Assembly: GCA_028023455.1 (NCBI GenBank)
Contig: JAQFVV010000003.1
Location: 11,966,001 to 12,030,000 of the forward strand
Length of the DNA: 64,000 bases
Reading direction: 5' to 3'
DNA from: Epiperipatus broadwayi
Lineage: Eukaryota; Animalia; Onychophora
Shown: positions 1 to 11,700 of the stretch, piece by piece
Position numbering within the stretch: the first letter of the stretch is position 1
Layout: every line of letters begins with the position of its first letter
Made by a program: the position numbers and the translations under genes
The notes under the pieces: generated by a model
Told to the model about the DNA's origin: nothing
What the model saw: only the letters and a program-made list of their open reading frames with translations
Databases searched by the model: none

Positions 1-1320
1 TTTTTACTTTTTAATTGCTTATGTGACTGTCAATAAAAATTTTCAAAAATATTAACTGCTTTATTCCACATATACGATTTATTTTAAAGTTGAAAGATGA
101 ACATTATAGTATGGTTTTATTGTATTTTGATAGAAATATTCCAGACAAAAGACTAGAAGAATTGCATAACACTATATTAAAAGATATAGACAGACAAAAG
201 GTTTGCAGAAATGCATGATACCATGGCAACCAAATTCCAAAAGTTTGAGAATGAAATTAATAATTCAAGAAAGCAGAAGTAAACAAACAGCAAATGATGC
301 TGCATCAAATTGATCAACAGAAGTCAGAAATGGGAGTTATGTTAAAATTTTATAATCAAGTGATGCAAGCCCATTTTGGACACACATTATAAAATTCAAA
401 TCATATGATGGGAGATATTCTAAAAAAAACTGAAAAATCAGAAGTGCACATGTGTTGCATTATCTCTAAATTTTGAAAGTAGCTAAATATGAATATTGAA
501 ATGAAACATGGTCCTAAGAATACTATTACTCAAACTGAACATAGAGAGTAAATCAACTCTGTATTGATAACCAGCCAATGGATATCAATAAGAGAGTAGT
601 TAATCAAATAATATATCCAACTAGATATGAATTAAAACCTTCAAAGGGTTGACAAGTGAAAATCCACTGGACTATTTAAATGGACTTGCCAATTTTGACA
701 TTTCATAGTTAAATAGATAATGGAAAAATTATTGCCACAAATTTGAATGATGCAGTTAAGGCTTAGTGGAACTCAAATATATCACTGCCCAGATACCTAT
801 GATAAGTATAAAGAGGTAATAGTACAAAGCTTTTGGAGTAAAAAGTGTCAAGATAATGGGCTACAAGTATAAAAATGATACAAGGCAAACACCGGGGAAA
901 GCTTATCACAATTTTTTTTAATGCAGGTGACAAAATTAAAGCACTTACAGGTTTTCTTCTGTGAGAAAGCTATATTATTCATTTTATTTGGCATAATTTG
1001 CTGCTAATATTCAAAACATGCTGGTTGACTATTGAAAGGATGGCAGATTTAAATGCCATAGACCTGAAAATGCTTTATCTGGGTAAAAAGAATCATAATG
1101 ACATTATACAAGCACCTATACAGTAAATTTCAACAGATAAGCAGAGATTTGGTCATACACCTTAACAAATATGCATTACCTGAAAAAAGGAGGAGCTCAC
1201 TGATAAGAGATAGATCTGCTTTCCAATTGTCACAAAAAAGCCTCCAGATAAAGATCAGTATCAAACAACATCTGAACTACCTTATATCAATGACCAATAC
1301 TGGAAAGAAGTTAAGATAAA
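1..1320 (+). pseudogene. Degenerate Ty3/Gypsy-type gag (coiled-coil plus capsid-like) fossil
   Basis: Frame-broken peptides PLDYLNGL (~665), NLNDAVKA*WNS (~740-770) and KYKEVIVQSFWSKKCQD (~805-855) resemble the gag F..FWS..Q motif also seen at ~29.6 kb. Many stops; no LTR seen. Confidence 0.5.
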
Positions 1321-2063
1321 TAAAGTGAGAATTTGAAATGAATAATGTCTTATTCATTTCAGTGTTGACTGTGCGAAGATAATAATTTAGTTCTAAGGAT
1401 GGTAATAAAAATTACTTTCAAAAGTTTAAAAAAAAAATGTTTATTATATAATGTACTAATAGTAAAATAGAATAAATTGTTTATAATATTAAATTTATGA
1501 TGAAATAAATTATTAATTGTCATATTAAATAATGTAGAAGTTGTTTAAAAAAATGTAAGAGAAACTGGGAAAATATATTAAAACTTATCAAAGAATGGAT
1601 AAGAAATTCAAAAACAAAAAAAAAGTCAGGCATTTAAAGTGTTTTACAAATTAAAGTTTTCAAAAATTTTATAATTAAAAATAAAAAAGGTGTTAAGAAC
1701 AATATGCTGGAAAACTGGATCAGGATGTTCAAAAATAGTAAGTAAAACTTGTTATAAAGTCAATTTTCTTATAGCAGTCATTCTGGATTCTCACTTCATA
1801 TAAGCAACCTCGAATCTTCATTATGTTAAGTGAGTAAAAGGAAAAAAAATCTGCCAGTTGCTAATCTACTCTGGATACCTGGAATCTGACATTATGCCAT
1901 TTAAAATTGGATTGATTAATTCTTGCCATCTTGAAGAAATCAAACTACAGCTATGAAACTTGGGGTTTTAAACAGGCAAAACTCTCCATACAGTAGTGCC
2001 AACCAGAGTAATTAATGAATGCCAGAAGGCTTGTAAATAAAATCCCCATCTAGTGCCTACTCA

Positions 2064-2120
2064 TCCAATATCCCCAGACTAGTTTCTGGCTTGTGGCCTT
2101 CATCAGTGAGGCACCTTGGA
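2064..2120 (-). ncRNA. Minimal type I hammerhead ribozyme motif
   Basis: Reverse complement reads TCCAAGGTGCCTCA-CTGATGA-AGGCCACAAGCCA-GAAA-CTAGTC-TGGGGATATTGGA: core boxes, short helix II, palindromic helix III, GUC triplet and pairable stem I. Confidence 0.75.
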
Positions 2121-2542
2121 TCTGAGAGCACTGCACCTAGATCTTAGGATCTAATGCAACCCTCCAGAAGCCACCTTTTATCTCTACTTAATTACAAAAC
2201 CATGAGAATGAAATTGAAAACAATACTATTTTCAATCTAAGCCTAATAGCTTATATAGTCATATGGGTCTGAACTCAGTTCAGCACCCATACATTTCTAA
2301 CAGCTATAGCCACAACTATCCTATTAGTCAGAATTGGTGTAAACCACTAAACATCACATGATCACCATCTCTTATGCTAGCATATAACATTAAACAGGCA
2401 AAACTCTCCATACAGTAGTGCCACCCCATGTCAACCAGAGTAATCAATGGATGCCAGAAGACTTGTGCATAAAATCTCCATCTAATGCCAATCTAATATC
2501 CCCAGACTAGTTTCTGAGAGCACTGCACCCAGATCTTAGGAT

Positions 2543-2577
2543 CTGACGAAGGCCACAAGCCAGAAACTAGTCTGGGA
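2543..2577 (+). ncRNA. Hammerhead core at the inversion junction, lacking the 5' strand of stem I
   Basis: CTGACGA-AGGCCACAAGCCA-GAAACTAGTC-TGGGA starts exactly at the fold-back junction. Confidence 0.5.
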
Positions 2578-2968
2578 TATCAGTTGAGTAGGCACTAGAT
2601 GGGGATTTTATGCACAAACCTTCTGGTATCCATTGATTACTCAGGGTGGTACCACTGTATGGAGAGTTTTGCCTGTTTAATAACAGTTATGTGCTAGCAT
2701 AAGAGATAGTTATCTAGTGATGTTTAGTGGTTTATACCAATCCTTCTTAATAGGATAGTGGTGGCTATGGTTGTTAAAGAACCAAAGACACCAAAATGTA
2801 TGTGTGCTGAAGTAAGTTCAGATCCATATAACTAGATAAATTATTGAGCTTAGGTTGAAAATATTGTGTTTTCAATTTCATTCTCATGGTTTTGTAGTTA
2901 AGTAGAGATAAAAGGTGACTGCTGGAGGGTTGCATTAGATCCTAAGATCTAGGTGCAGTGCTCTCAAA

Positions 2969-3018
2969 TCCAAGGCTCCTCGCTGACGAAGGCCAGAGAC
3001 TAGTCTGGGGATATTGGA
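2969..3018 (+). ncRNA. Degenerate hammerhead copy (helix II deleted, GAAA altered)
   Basis: TCCAAGGCTCCTCG-CTGACGA-AGGCCAGAGACTAGTC-TGGGGATATTGGA. Confidence 0.45.
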
Positions 3019-6000
3019 TGAGTAGGCACTAGATGGTGATTTTATGTGCAAGCCTTCTGGAATCCATTGATTACTCTGATTGGCACAGGGTGGTACTACT
3101 GAATGGAGAGTTTTGCCTGTTTAATACCAGTTATGTGCTACCATAAGAAATAGTGATCATGTGATGTTTAGTGGTTTAAACTTGGGTTTTGTAAGTTTTT
3201 TTTTTAAAAAAAAAAAACTATTTAGACTTTATATTTTTAAGTTTATTTTAATATATTTATTTCTAACAAACTTTATGAAGTGAGTGTTTTGTTTAAAAGA
3301 AAAAATATTTAGACTTTATCCAACACATTTGCTGTTAAACTTTTGCAAATATTCTAGCTGCTTGTTAAAATCAAAATTTGCTTTATTTTTTTTAATATCC
3401 CTGTAAACTAAAGTTTTCTTTTGTTTAAAAAAAAAAGTTTTTTCCCCTCTGTTTGAGAAATTGTCAGTAAAAAGAAAAATAATCTAAAGTGCCCAAGTGT
3501 TAAATAATGAGAATAAATAATTAGTAGTAGTTTTAAGATAATGATTTAATTGTATCAATTGTGTTCATTTGTTTTATAGTTAGCCCTTCATTTGATTGCT
3601 GATGATTAGATTTTGTGTAGATGAACTTATATGTACAATTGTTTGTTCACTGTCAAATAGTTAAAATCTTTCTGTATGTATATGGGAGATGTCATTCGAG
3701 ATTTTATTTCATAGATTTAGGGATTGGTCTCAAAAATGAGCCATCTTGCAGAAATTAGTTTTACTAAATCATGGATCAAAGTAGTCATTGTTTTTGAGTC
3801 ATCATTTTAAAAAAAAAAGGAGTTATAATTATTTCTATTAGAGAAATGTGTCTATCATAGGAAACTTTTGAATTAAATAAATGGCATTTTTGTGAAATCG
3901 GCCATATGCAGAATTGTATTTTAAGTATATTGACGTCAGGGATTGGCTGTATGGCAAATATACTCCATTATAAACCTGTATATTGTTTTCTTCATATGTG
4001 TGATTTTAAAAAAAAAAAGATATATAATAATATAAGAGATTGTAGAAATGGTTTTATTATAAAAACTAAAAAAAAAGATAGAAAGTTATAATTGGACTGA
4101 TAATTATATTTTTTAATTAAACTATTGTTGTTATAACGTGCTAATATTTTATATGTAATACTGTCTGTTCTGCATAGTTATTCCATATCCATTTATCAAA
4201 AGTAGTGGTCATCATCATCCTATTAAAAAATATATTGTTTAAATATATATGTGCCAGTCTATCTCCTGATATTTAAAGTCAGATGGTGCCCATATAAACT
4301 GAGATAAATATTAATAATTGAAACATATTTAGTTTGAACATTACAGTATATATATATATATATTGTAAATATTTTTTTGATTAGCATTGTAATTTAGATT
4401 TTTCTTCAATCAATACAAACATGTTATATTTTGAATATTAAGTGGCTAATCGAGATGTGTAATTTTTATAAGCAGGACACTGAATGCTAGAAACAATATA
4501 TCCGCAAATTAAAAGTCTATAATAAAAAATTATTTGCATCAAAAAAACTGTACGAGTAGGTATTTCTAAAGTTCATCCTTTGATATATGTATTTTATATC
4601 ATCAACAAAATACACATAATGCATGATTTGGTATTAGAAAACGTATTTCACAGAAAAATAAATATGCATAATTATTAGTTATTTATATGAAATGCCATGT
4701 TCATTGAATAAAATTCAGTGCAAGGTTATTTTTAGGATACAGTTTATTATCCCAAAGAATATATTTGACAAAGTAAAATATGCATTCAGGAATATTGTAT
4801 TTTCCTTTTGTGAATAATCTAAGAAACACATGATAAGCAGCAACAAGAGCATTGTCATCAAGTGACTTCTTACACTTTTTTATTTTATGATGATGCATCA
4901 AACAATAGCCCATATTTATAAATATCTCCAGTTTAAGAAGATGCAGATCTCGTAATAAGATCTTATACAAATACCAAAAAAAAATTTTATATATTTGATT
5001 TCGTATTGTTTGAAGAATATTATTATGAATTATAATTACTATTTATCAATTATTGTCACCTCGTGTCGTTTGCACAAAGAATCAAATAAATCGTGTAATA
5101 TTTATTAGATGCTTGCAATATTATTGTACAATCAATTGATCACAAATATTGGGGGGAAATGTTTTCCAATGAAATTGAGTCAATAAGGATTCCAACATTT
5201 GAAATATAGAAGATGCATAGTCACTCCCATATGCAAAAGGCACATGAAACATAATGTTAGTTGATCCAAATTTATAATAGTTTAAAGAAAAATCTCCACT
5301 AGGATTCTGATTATGAATAAATAGTTAAAATCTTTTGGTATCATTGATAAATGAACACCAAAATTTTTAATATTGCTTAACAAAAATAGGACTTAAACTT
5401 TAATAGATTTCTTATAAGATTTTATTTATTTCGAATAAACAAGTGACATTCTATAAATGTGAGTTATTTATGACATCAATGATTTAGCAGGCTGAAGGGG
5501 AAAAATGGATGATTGAGCATTAAAGATTCATATAAGTAGTAGTATGTAATGAAATTGAAGTTGTGTGAACACTAAGAAATACATGCAAACAGGTAGAAAT
5601 AGTTATTTCTTAATTTATATTTGACATTTAATGTTGATAAATACATTACTTAGACAAACAAACATCAATAATTGAGGATGGGTTATTAAGGTGGTTTCAT
5701 GATTTGTTTATTCTAGATTTGGACTGTAACTGATCATATCCTACAAAAATAGTAATGTGTGATCATGAATTGCTTTAATTATACTTTTTATAATGTTCAT
5801 TCTAGAATAAAATACTTAATCATCTGTTCAACAAGGAAACAAATTAGTAAAGGACATATCCTTTGTTCCTTTTTTTATTTTTCCTTCTTCACCCATATAG
5901 TATTGAAAAGATTTGGTCCAGATTTAGAAGGTGTACATGATGGACTGAACAACATTCTCTGACTAATATGAGAAAATAATCCTTACACATCTTAGTAATG

Positions 6001-6410
6001 ATATAAGAAAACAATACCAATGTTTAATATTTCTATTAAATCAATGGCATATCCAAAAAATTTTGGTCTTTAAAAATTGTACCATTCTTTTACCTTTTAT
6101 TTTAGCCAATTTTTTTTTTATATGCTCACAAAAATAAATCAGACTCGAATAATAAACTTTGACCAAATGAGTTTTTCTTTTTTTATAATAAAACTTAATG
6201 AAAGCTATGATAAAACATATATTTGTCTGCAAAGAACATTATTTGTACTGTAAATTGTGTGATTCACTATATTATTAATTTCAACTAAGAATTTAAGATA
6301 ACATTAACAATTCTATTCAATATAAACTAATTATGTAAACATTCAATTAAATCTTATTCTTACTGAAGCACTTGCTGATTTTAAAAAATGTCAGGGTAGT
6401 CATTTATTAT

Positions 6411-8648
6411 GGTATTTGGTAATTAGTCACTGTACATCGCTTGCTGGCGCTGTTTCTGTTTAAAAACATAGCGATATAACGTTCCCGGACCTGTTGACTT
6501 TTTTTTTTTCAAATGTATGGTATTTTTATATACGGCTTTTTTGCCTCTAGAAAATGTTCATGGAAAATGTAGATTTTCGTTTTTTTTATCAACAAAATAT
6601 ACATTTTTTTTTCTACAAAATGTACATTATAATGTAGATTTTTTTTTAAAAAAAAAAAAGAAATGCGTTTTTTTTTTATAATAAGTATTTATTTTTATTC
6701 TCCACTTTTACAATTATACAGCTTTTTTCCCCAAGAAAATGTACGTTATAATGGAGACTTTCTTTTAAAATGTGTGGGTTTTTAAAATAGTAAGTATGTA
6801 TTTTTATTCAAAATGTACCTTTTTCTTTTTTCATATAAAACAATATGCTTTTTATTAATTTATGTGACATGTCGTCTTTTTTTTTCTAATTATAGTACAT
6901 GTTTTATAAAAAGGTTTTGTTTTTTATAACAAATACATCTCTTTTTTTTTACATTGTGTGACATGTCGGCTTTTTTTTTCTAATTATAGTATATATTTCA
7001 TAAAAAGCTGTATTCTTTATAAATAAAATGGCTTTTTTATATCAATCAAAATAGTAAATTATCTTACCAAAAAAAGCATGTTGTTTTATTTATAATAATT
7101 AAAAACACTAAAACAATTGTACACTTTTCGGCTGTTGTTCTTTAGGCCATCTTACTTTCTTCAACCCCCTACCCTTCAACACTGACAGTCTGGGTGTTAA
7201 TTGACTTACACAAAATAATCACAACCACAAAACAGATTCATTGAATAAATAAATTTATTAATGACATATGACTAGAATTCATAACATAACTATTTCTTCT
7301 GAACACTGGGAAATGAAACATTTGGTAACAACAGTTGGCAAAAACAATTGCAAGAACAAAACATGTTTTTACTGACTTTGGAGACTAGTTTCTTGGTTGG
7401 GTGGTCATTTCATGCAATATGGCTTTAAAAATATCATGGTCTTTATGAAGCCACCTCCAAATAAATTCAGCCAGATAATTTTTCAGACATGGGCATGCTG
7501 TGCCACAGTGTTTTCTGTTCTGCCACTTCAGTAGACTCCAAAACCTCTCAATGGTCTGAGTGTGAGCACTTGTTCTGAGGTCAATGAAATTATACCAATG
7601 GATAACTCTCAGATGGGTAAAGCCTGTTGTCTCAAGGTTAATGGTCTTATAACCTTCCAACAGTCTGAGTAGATGGTAGATCTGGACTTGATGTTCTCAT
7701 GGATGGTGCAAAACATTCATCTGTCTCATGGCACATGCCTCCAAAAACTCACTGTTGCGGAAGAATCCTTTCCTGGTGGTTCTTTCGGTGGGAGAAAAGC
7801 ATCTCATCTACCTCCACAATGAATCCAGGTCCGCTTATTTGACGGCAGGGGTGTAACAAAAGGCTTAGATGGCAGAGCTCTCTCAAACCATTCATCCAAT
7901 GTACTACTGCAGGTTTTGATAGCTGGAGGTCATCTCTGGCATGTGCTATGCTCAACTGGTCTTGGCTCCATAAATACACCAGGCACAACACTTTGACGAA
8001 ACACATTCTGGAATCCTGAAACCATGTACCCTTTCAATGGACATAGTTTGCCTGCAGGCATGTGAGTAGCATACAAACTGTCAAGTTCATTGACTAAGGG
8101 TCATAGATTTGCCACATACACATTGCATGAGATATGGCAGGATGTTTTGGGCCTGCAGAAAGGCAACTGCTTCACATTCTGTGTTTGGGATGTCTCACAG
8201 TTGAAAGAATATGCTACTGCCTTCAGCCATTTGGATATTCTCATATGAGTTGTGACAAAAACAGTACTTTTTCATGAGCATCTGCAATCATCCTGTGGTA
8301 GACCCCTTTCCAAATTTCAAACCAAAAAAAATGCATGGAGAACTATTGATGATACGCTGATAATTACTAGTAAGTAAAAATATGTCAGTTGGGGTCTAGC
8401 AAAAACCATTTTCATTCAACAGTTAAACAGTTGAAAAACCTTCCACTACACACACTGTCATATTAAGTGCTAGCAAAAATACAAATTCTGTCAATATGCA
8501 TAGGAAGCAACGCTGCAATCAAATGGTTATTACAATCATAGTATTGTTATTAGCCGTAGGTTCGGATGCAGAAGAATTGGCATTATTCTGTATTTTTACA
8601 TAAAAACAGTACCACCAAGTGATGTACAGTGGCTAATTAACAAATACC
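6411..8648 (-). mobile_element. Merlin-superfamily DNA transposon (ISXO2/IS1595-like DDE), copy 1
   Basis: Imperfect TIRs GGTATTTGGTAATTAGTCACTGTACATCGCTTG (6411-) and CAAGTGATGTACAGTGGCTAATTAACAAATACC (-8648). 8-bp TSD TTTATTAT/TTCATTAT (7/8). T-rich subterminal repeats at ~6500-7080. Confidence 0.9.
7385..8240 (-). pseudogene. Merlin/ISXO2-like transposase, frameshifted
   Basis: ORF pieces GPGFIVEVDEMLFSHRKNHQERILPQQ (7749-8006) and HLRVIHWYNFIDLRTSAHTQTIERFWSLLK...NYLAEFIWR (7385-7660) match the VEIDES..RK / H.TVNH..FVD...HTQ.IE..W / YL.EF.WR pattern of this family. Confidence 0.85.
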
Positions 8649-8743
8649 TTCATTATTTTCAAGAATTATTGATCCACTACAAGATGAAGATCTCTCCTAG
8701 TTTAATCCATCTCCAATCTCTAGTTTCTCACTTCCATAACACC
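8649..8743 (-). mobile_element. Old 5'-truncated RTE LINE 3' end
   Basis: ATTGATCCACTACAAGATGAAGATCTCTCCTAGTTTAATCCATCT...TAGTTTCTC aligns by eye with ATCAATCCACTGCAGGATGAAGGTCTCTCCAAGTTTAATCCATCT...TAGTTTCTC at ~61965-62030. Confidence 0.7.
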
Positions 8744-9889
8744 TGAAAATAATTCAAAAATATTCTTGATAACTGAGGGCACTTTAAAATTACCACTGTT
8801 ATTATCACTATTTTTTAAATCAAATAGAAAAAACATTAATGCTTTTAAACTATGATGATGGTTTAAGAGAAAGCTGGAAAAACGTATATGTGGGGTGCTT
8901 AACTTGAAACACAAATGACTAGTTAAAATTGTCTAAATCTAATCATGATGGGACAATCTAATTCTTTAAACAAAAGAATAATAATCATGAAAATTAGTAT
9001 TAAAAAAAGAAAAGATATCCAATGATGAAATGTAGTATCATGAAAGAACTTGGGAATTCAAATATGCAATAAATTGTTTTTAATGAATGGTCTTCAGGAA
9101 ATCAGTATTAATTTGATGAAATTAATAATAAGAATCATATATAAATATTTTTATAATTTTCTACTTTATTCTTGACTAAGGTTTTATGGAATCCCCCATA
9201 TTCTTAATTGCCTTTTGGTGTAAGTCTTGATGATGTTTTGAATATTGTTATGTTTATCTGGAGTAATTTACTAATTGGTTTTAGATTGCTACCAACAATG
9301 TCACATGATTTTTCAAGAATAATTATAAATTCTTATCTCTATTCTAAAGCCATCTACTTGAATAAGTAATGCACATCAGTTTAAAAAAGCCAAAACCAGC
9401 TTGAAGATAGTAGATGACTGTAAAGTATGGTGAAGAAAACTACTCTTAGTTTTAGATTATCAGGAAGATCATGAAATCTTTTCATAACTGATATATATTT
9501 TTTTCTGAAATATATCGAGTTGTTTGTGTTTTTTAAGTTAAAGAACAGAATTTCTTTTTTTTTTTTTTTTTTGGCAATTTACCATAATTTTTTAATAGAT
9601 TATCAAGATAATTTCCATAAGAACTAATATGTATTGGTATACATAGTATATATAATGTACTTATGATTTATTTATTGCCATAAAAAAGCTTATTTAATAT
9701 ATATATATGACTTTGATTACTCAAAACCTATCATTTATTTTTAATTTATTTGTAGTTTGTAATAATTTCTGTGAATATACTTTTATATTGTTTGTTTTAA
9801 AGAGAAAATTAAGATACAAAAATGTTTTGGAGAACTTCTACATCTAATTGCATGTATTGTTGGAATTAGATTACAGTATGTATATGTAT

Positions 9890-11700
9890 TGTATTTCCCT
9901 AAAACTCTGATGCATAATAGAGTTGGATGATAAAGATGTTTGAAGAAACTCAGGAAAATATGAGTATAAAAATTGAAAATTTAATTACAGTAACAAAAGA
10001 TATCAAATCTTAAACAGTAAATATGTTTGTCTGTAGTTACAAAGACTGAAATACAAAATTTTTCTATAGATTCTAAAATTTAAATGGAAATTTGGATATA
10101 AGAATTAAAGAGGTCAGGTCCAATTGAGAGAAAAGATTGTTAAAAGGCTGAAAAATAAATTACAGCACTTAGAAAATAAAGTATATCAGGTATATCACAA
10201 AGTCTATCAAAAAAATAGAATTTTTGAGAAATGAAAACAGTTAAGCACTGGCACAAGTTCATGAAGATGTAAATAGCTTAGCTCAACAAATGGAGCAAAA
10301 TGCAAATAAAAAGCAATGGCCAGAGTGAAACACAGCTGAGAATGATAAGATCAATGCAAAGAATAGATGCTGAGCAAAAAGAACACAGAAATAGCTTTAA
10401 AATAAATTTAGAGAAAATTTATTAATAATGTGCCACATGAAGTAAAGCTAGAAGGGGTCAGCATGGACACATCCTTCATAACAACTCTAATATAGTTAGT
10501 CAATTCCTGAAAATAAGAATATTTAAGAACATGTAGGTGAAGCTCCAATCAAGTATCTCAAAAGTTTAGAGTGATACTTCAGCTTTAACTAATTAGCTAA
10601 GAAGGAAAAAATTATCATAGCATGTAGTGATCTACAGAAGGTATACCAAGTCTGGTGTGATTTTTTTATTTGAAAAGTCTCAAAATTTTGAGAGTTTAAA
10701 TAGGTTGTACTAAAATATTACTGAAGCAAAGACTTTAGGACATGATTAAACATCAAGTGTTTCAAGAAAAATGCTAATTTGGAGAGGTTTACCAGTCATT
10801 TTTCAGAAGTTGAGTGACAAAGTTAAAAGACTTGACAGTATATCCATTATCTGAAAAGTCAAATTATCCATATAGTGAGGCACAGATTTCTGAACCATAC
10901 CTAGAGCAGGTACTCATTGGAACTGATAGCAAAATAGTAGAGTCGGTGACTGAAATCTTAAAATGCATTTAACATTCATAAATCTGCAAATGAGAGTAAG
11001 AAAATTGGATTTAAACCTCAGTAGAGAAAATGAAATACATAAATGCTGTAGTATATAGATCAAAATAGAGAGGCAAACAAACAAGATCTACTGGCAGTCC
11101 AAATAGAACTGAAAGTGAATTGTACATTAATAAAAATGAATACTAATGGCAATCTGACCATGAATCTTGATTACCTACAGCAAGACATAGTTTTGCCCTA
11201 ATACAAATATTAAAAAGAGGTAATAATAAAATGAAGCAGAAGAAAGAAAAAAAGATTTTTTCATAAATGGGGGAGTTTTAATTATGGAAGTTTGATTGCT
11301 GTGCTTTCAGTACTAGTGATGGGATTCGTCATTGGTATAAAAATGTGTTGTTTTTATGAAACTCCATGGAGTAGTCAATCTCAGCACTGTATCCACTAAT
11401 TTATCCTTTATATTCATCAGCCTTTACATTTTGAAAAATGAGCAAGGTATAACTTTTATGTTGCACATATATTAGCCTCAAATTGAACAAGGCATAATTG
11501 TGATTTCTATTCATGAACAGTTGACTTAGTTCTATGTTATGACCCACAAGCACCTAAGACTCAGAATTGGTCAAGGCTTCAGTTTGTATAGATAGCCATT
11601 ATTTTATATGATGGATGGCAGGTTGCTTATTGATTTAAGTGTGTTAACCCTCCTGATGTTCATGCTATGTTATATGCACATTAATTAGTGATGGGATTTT
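9890..11700 (+). pseudogene. Degenerate Gypsy-like gag with an RT fragment
   Basis: K/E-rich coiled-coil remnants at 9.9-10.4 kb, P.KYLKSLE*YF...KIIIACSDLQKVYQVW (~10545-10660), FTSHFQKLSDKVKRLD (~10790-10840) and a DGR.L-like RT piece at ~11610. No LTRs identified. Confidence 0.45.

Larger units (their letters stand above)
1956..3190. mobile_element. Hammerhead-ribozyme tandem-repeat element, fold-back copy 1 (retrozyme/Penelope-derived)
   Basis: Left arm ~1970-2544 is monomer in minus sense (period ~422, AAACAGGCAAAACTCTCC at 1970 and 2392). Right arm 2543-3177 is plus sense (CTGACGA at 2543 and 2983). Flanked by target-site-like direct repeats AAACTTGGGGTTTT (1956-1969) and AAACTTGGGTTTT (3178-3190). 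Confidence 0.85.

Noticed and set aside
1740-1955. RT fragments continuing the gag fossil at 1-1320
   Set aside because: Only weak motif echoes (MPF-like); too degraded to support.
1956-3190. CRISPR array or simple satellite
   Set aside because: No short repeat-spacer structure. The units are ~430 bp, inverted, TSD-flanked and contain a ribozyme motif.
7385-8006. Bacterial IS1595/ISXO2 insertion or contamination
   Set aside because: TIRs beginning GG, 8-bp TSDs, nesting among eukaryotic TEs and CpG decay fit eukaryotic Merlin.
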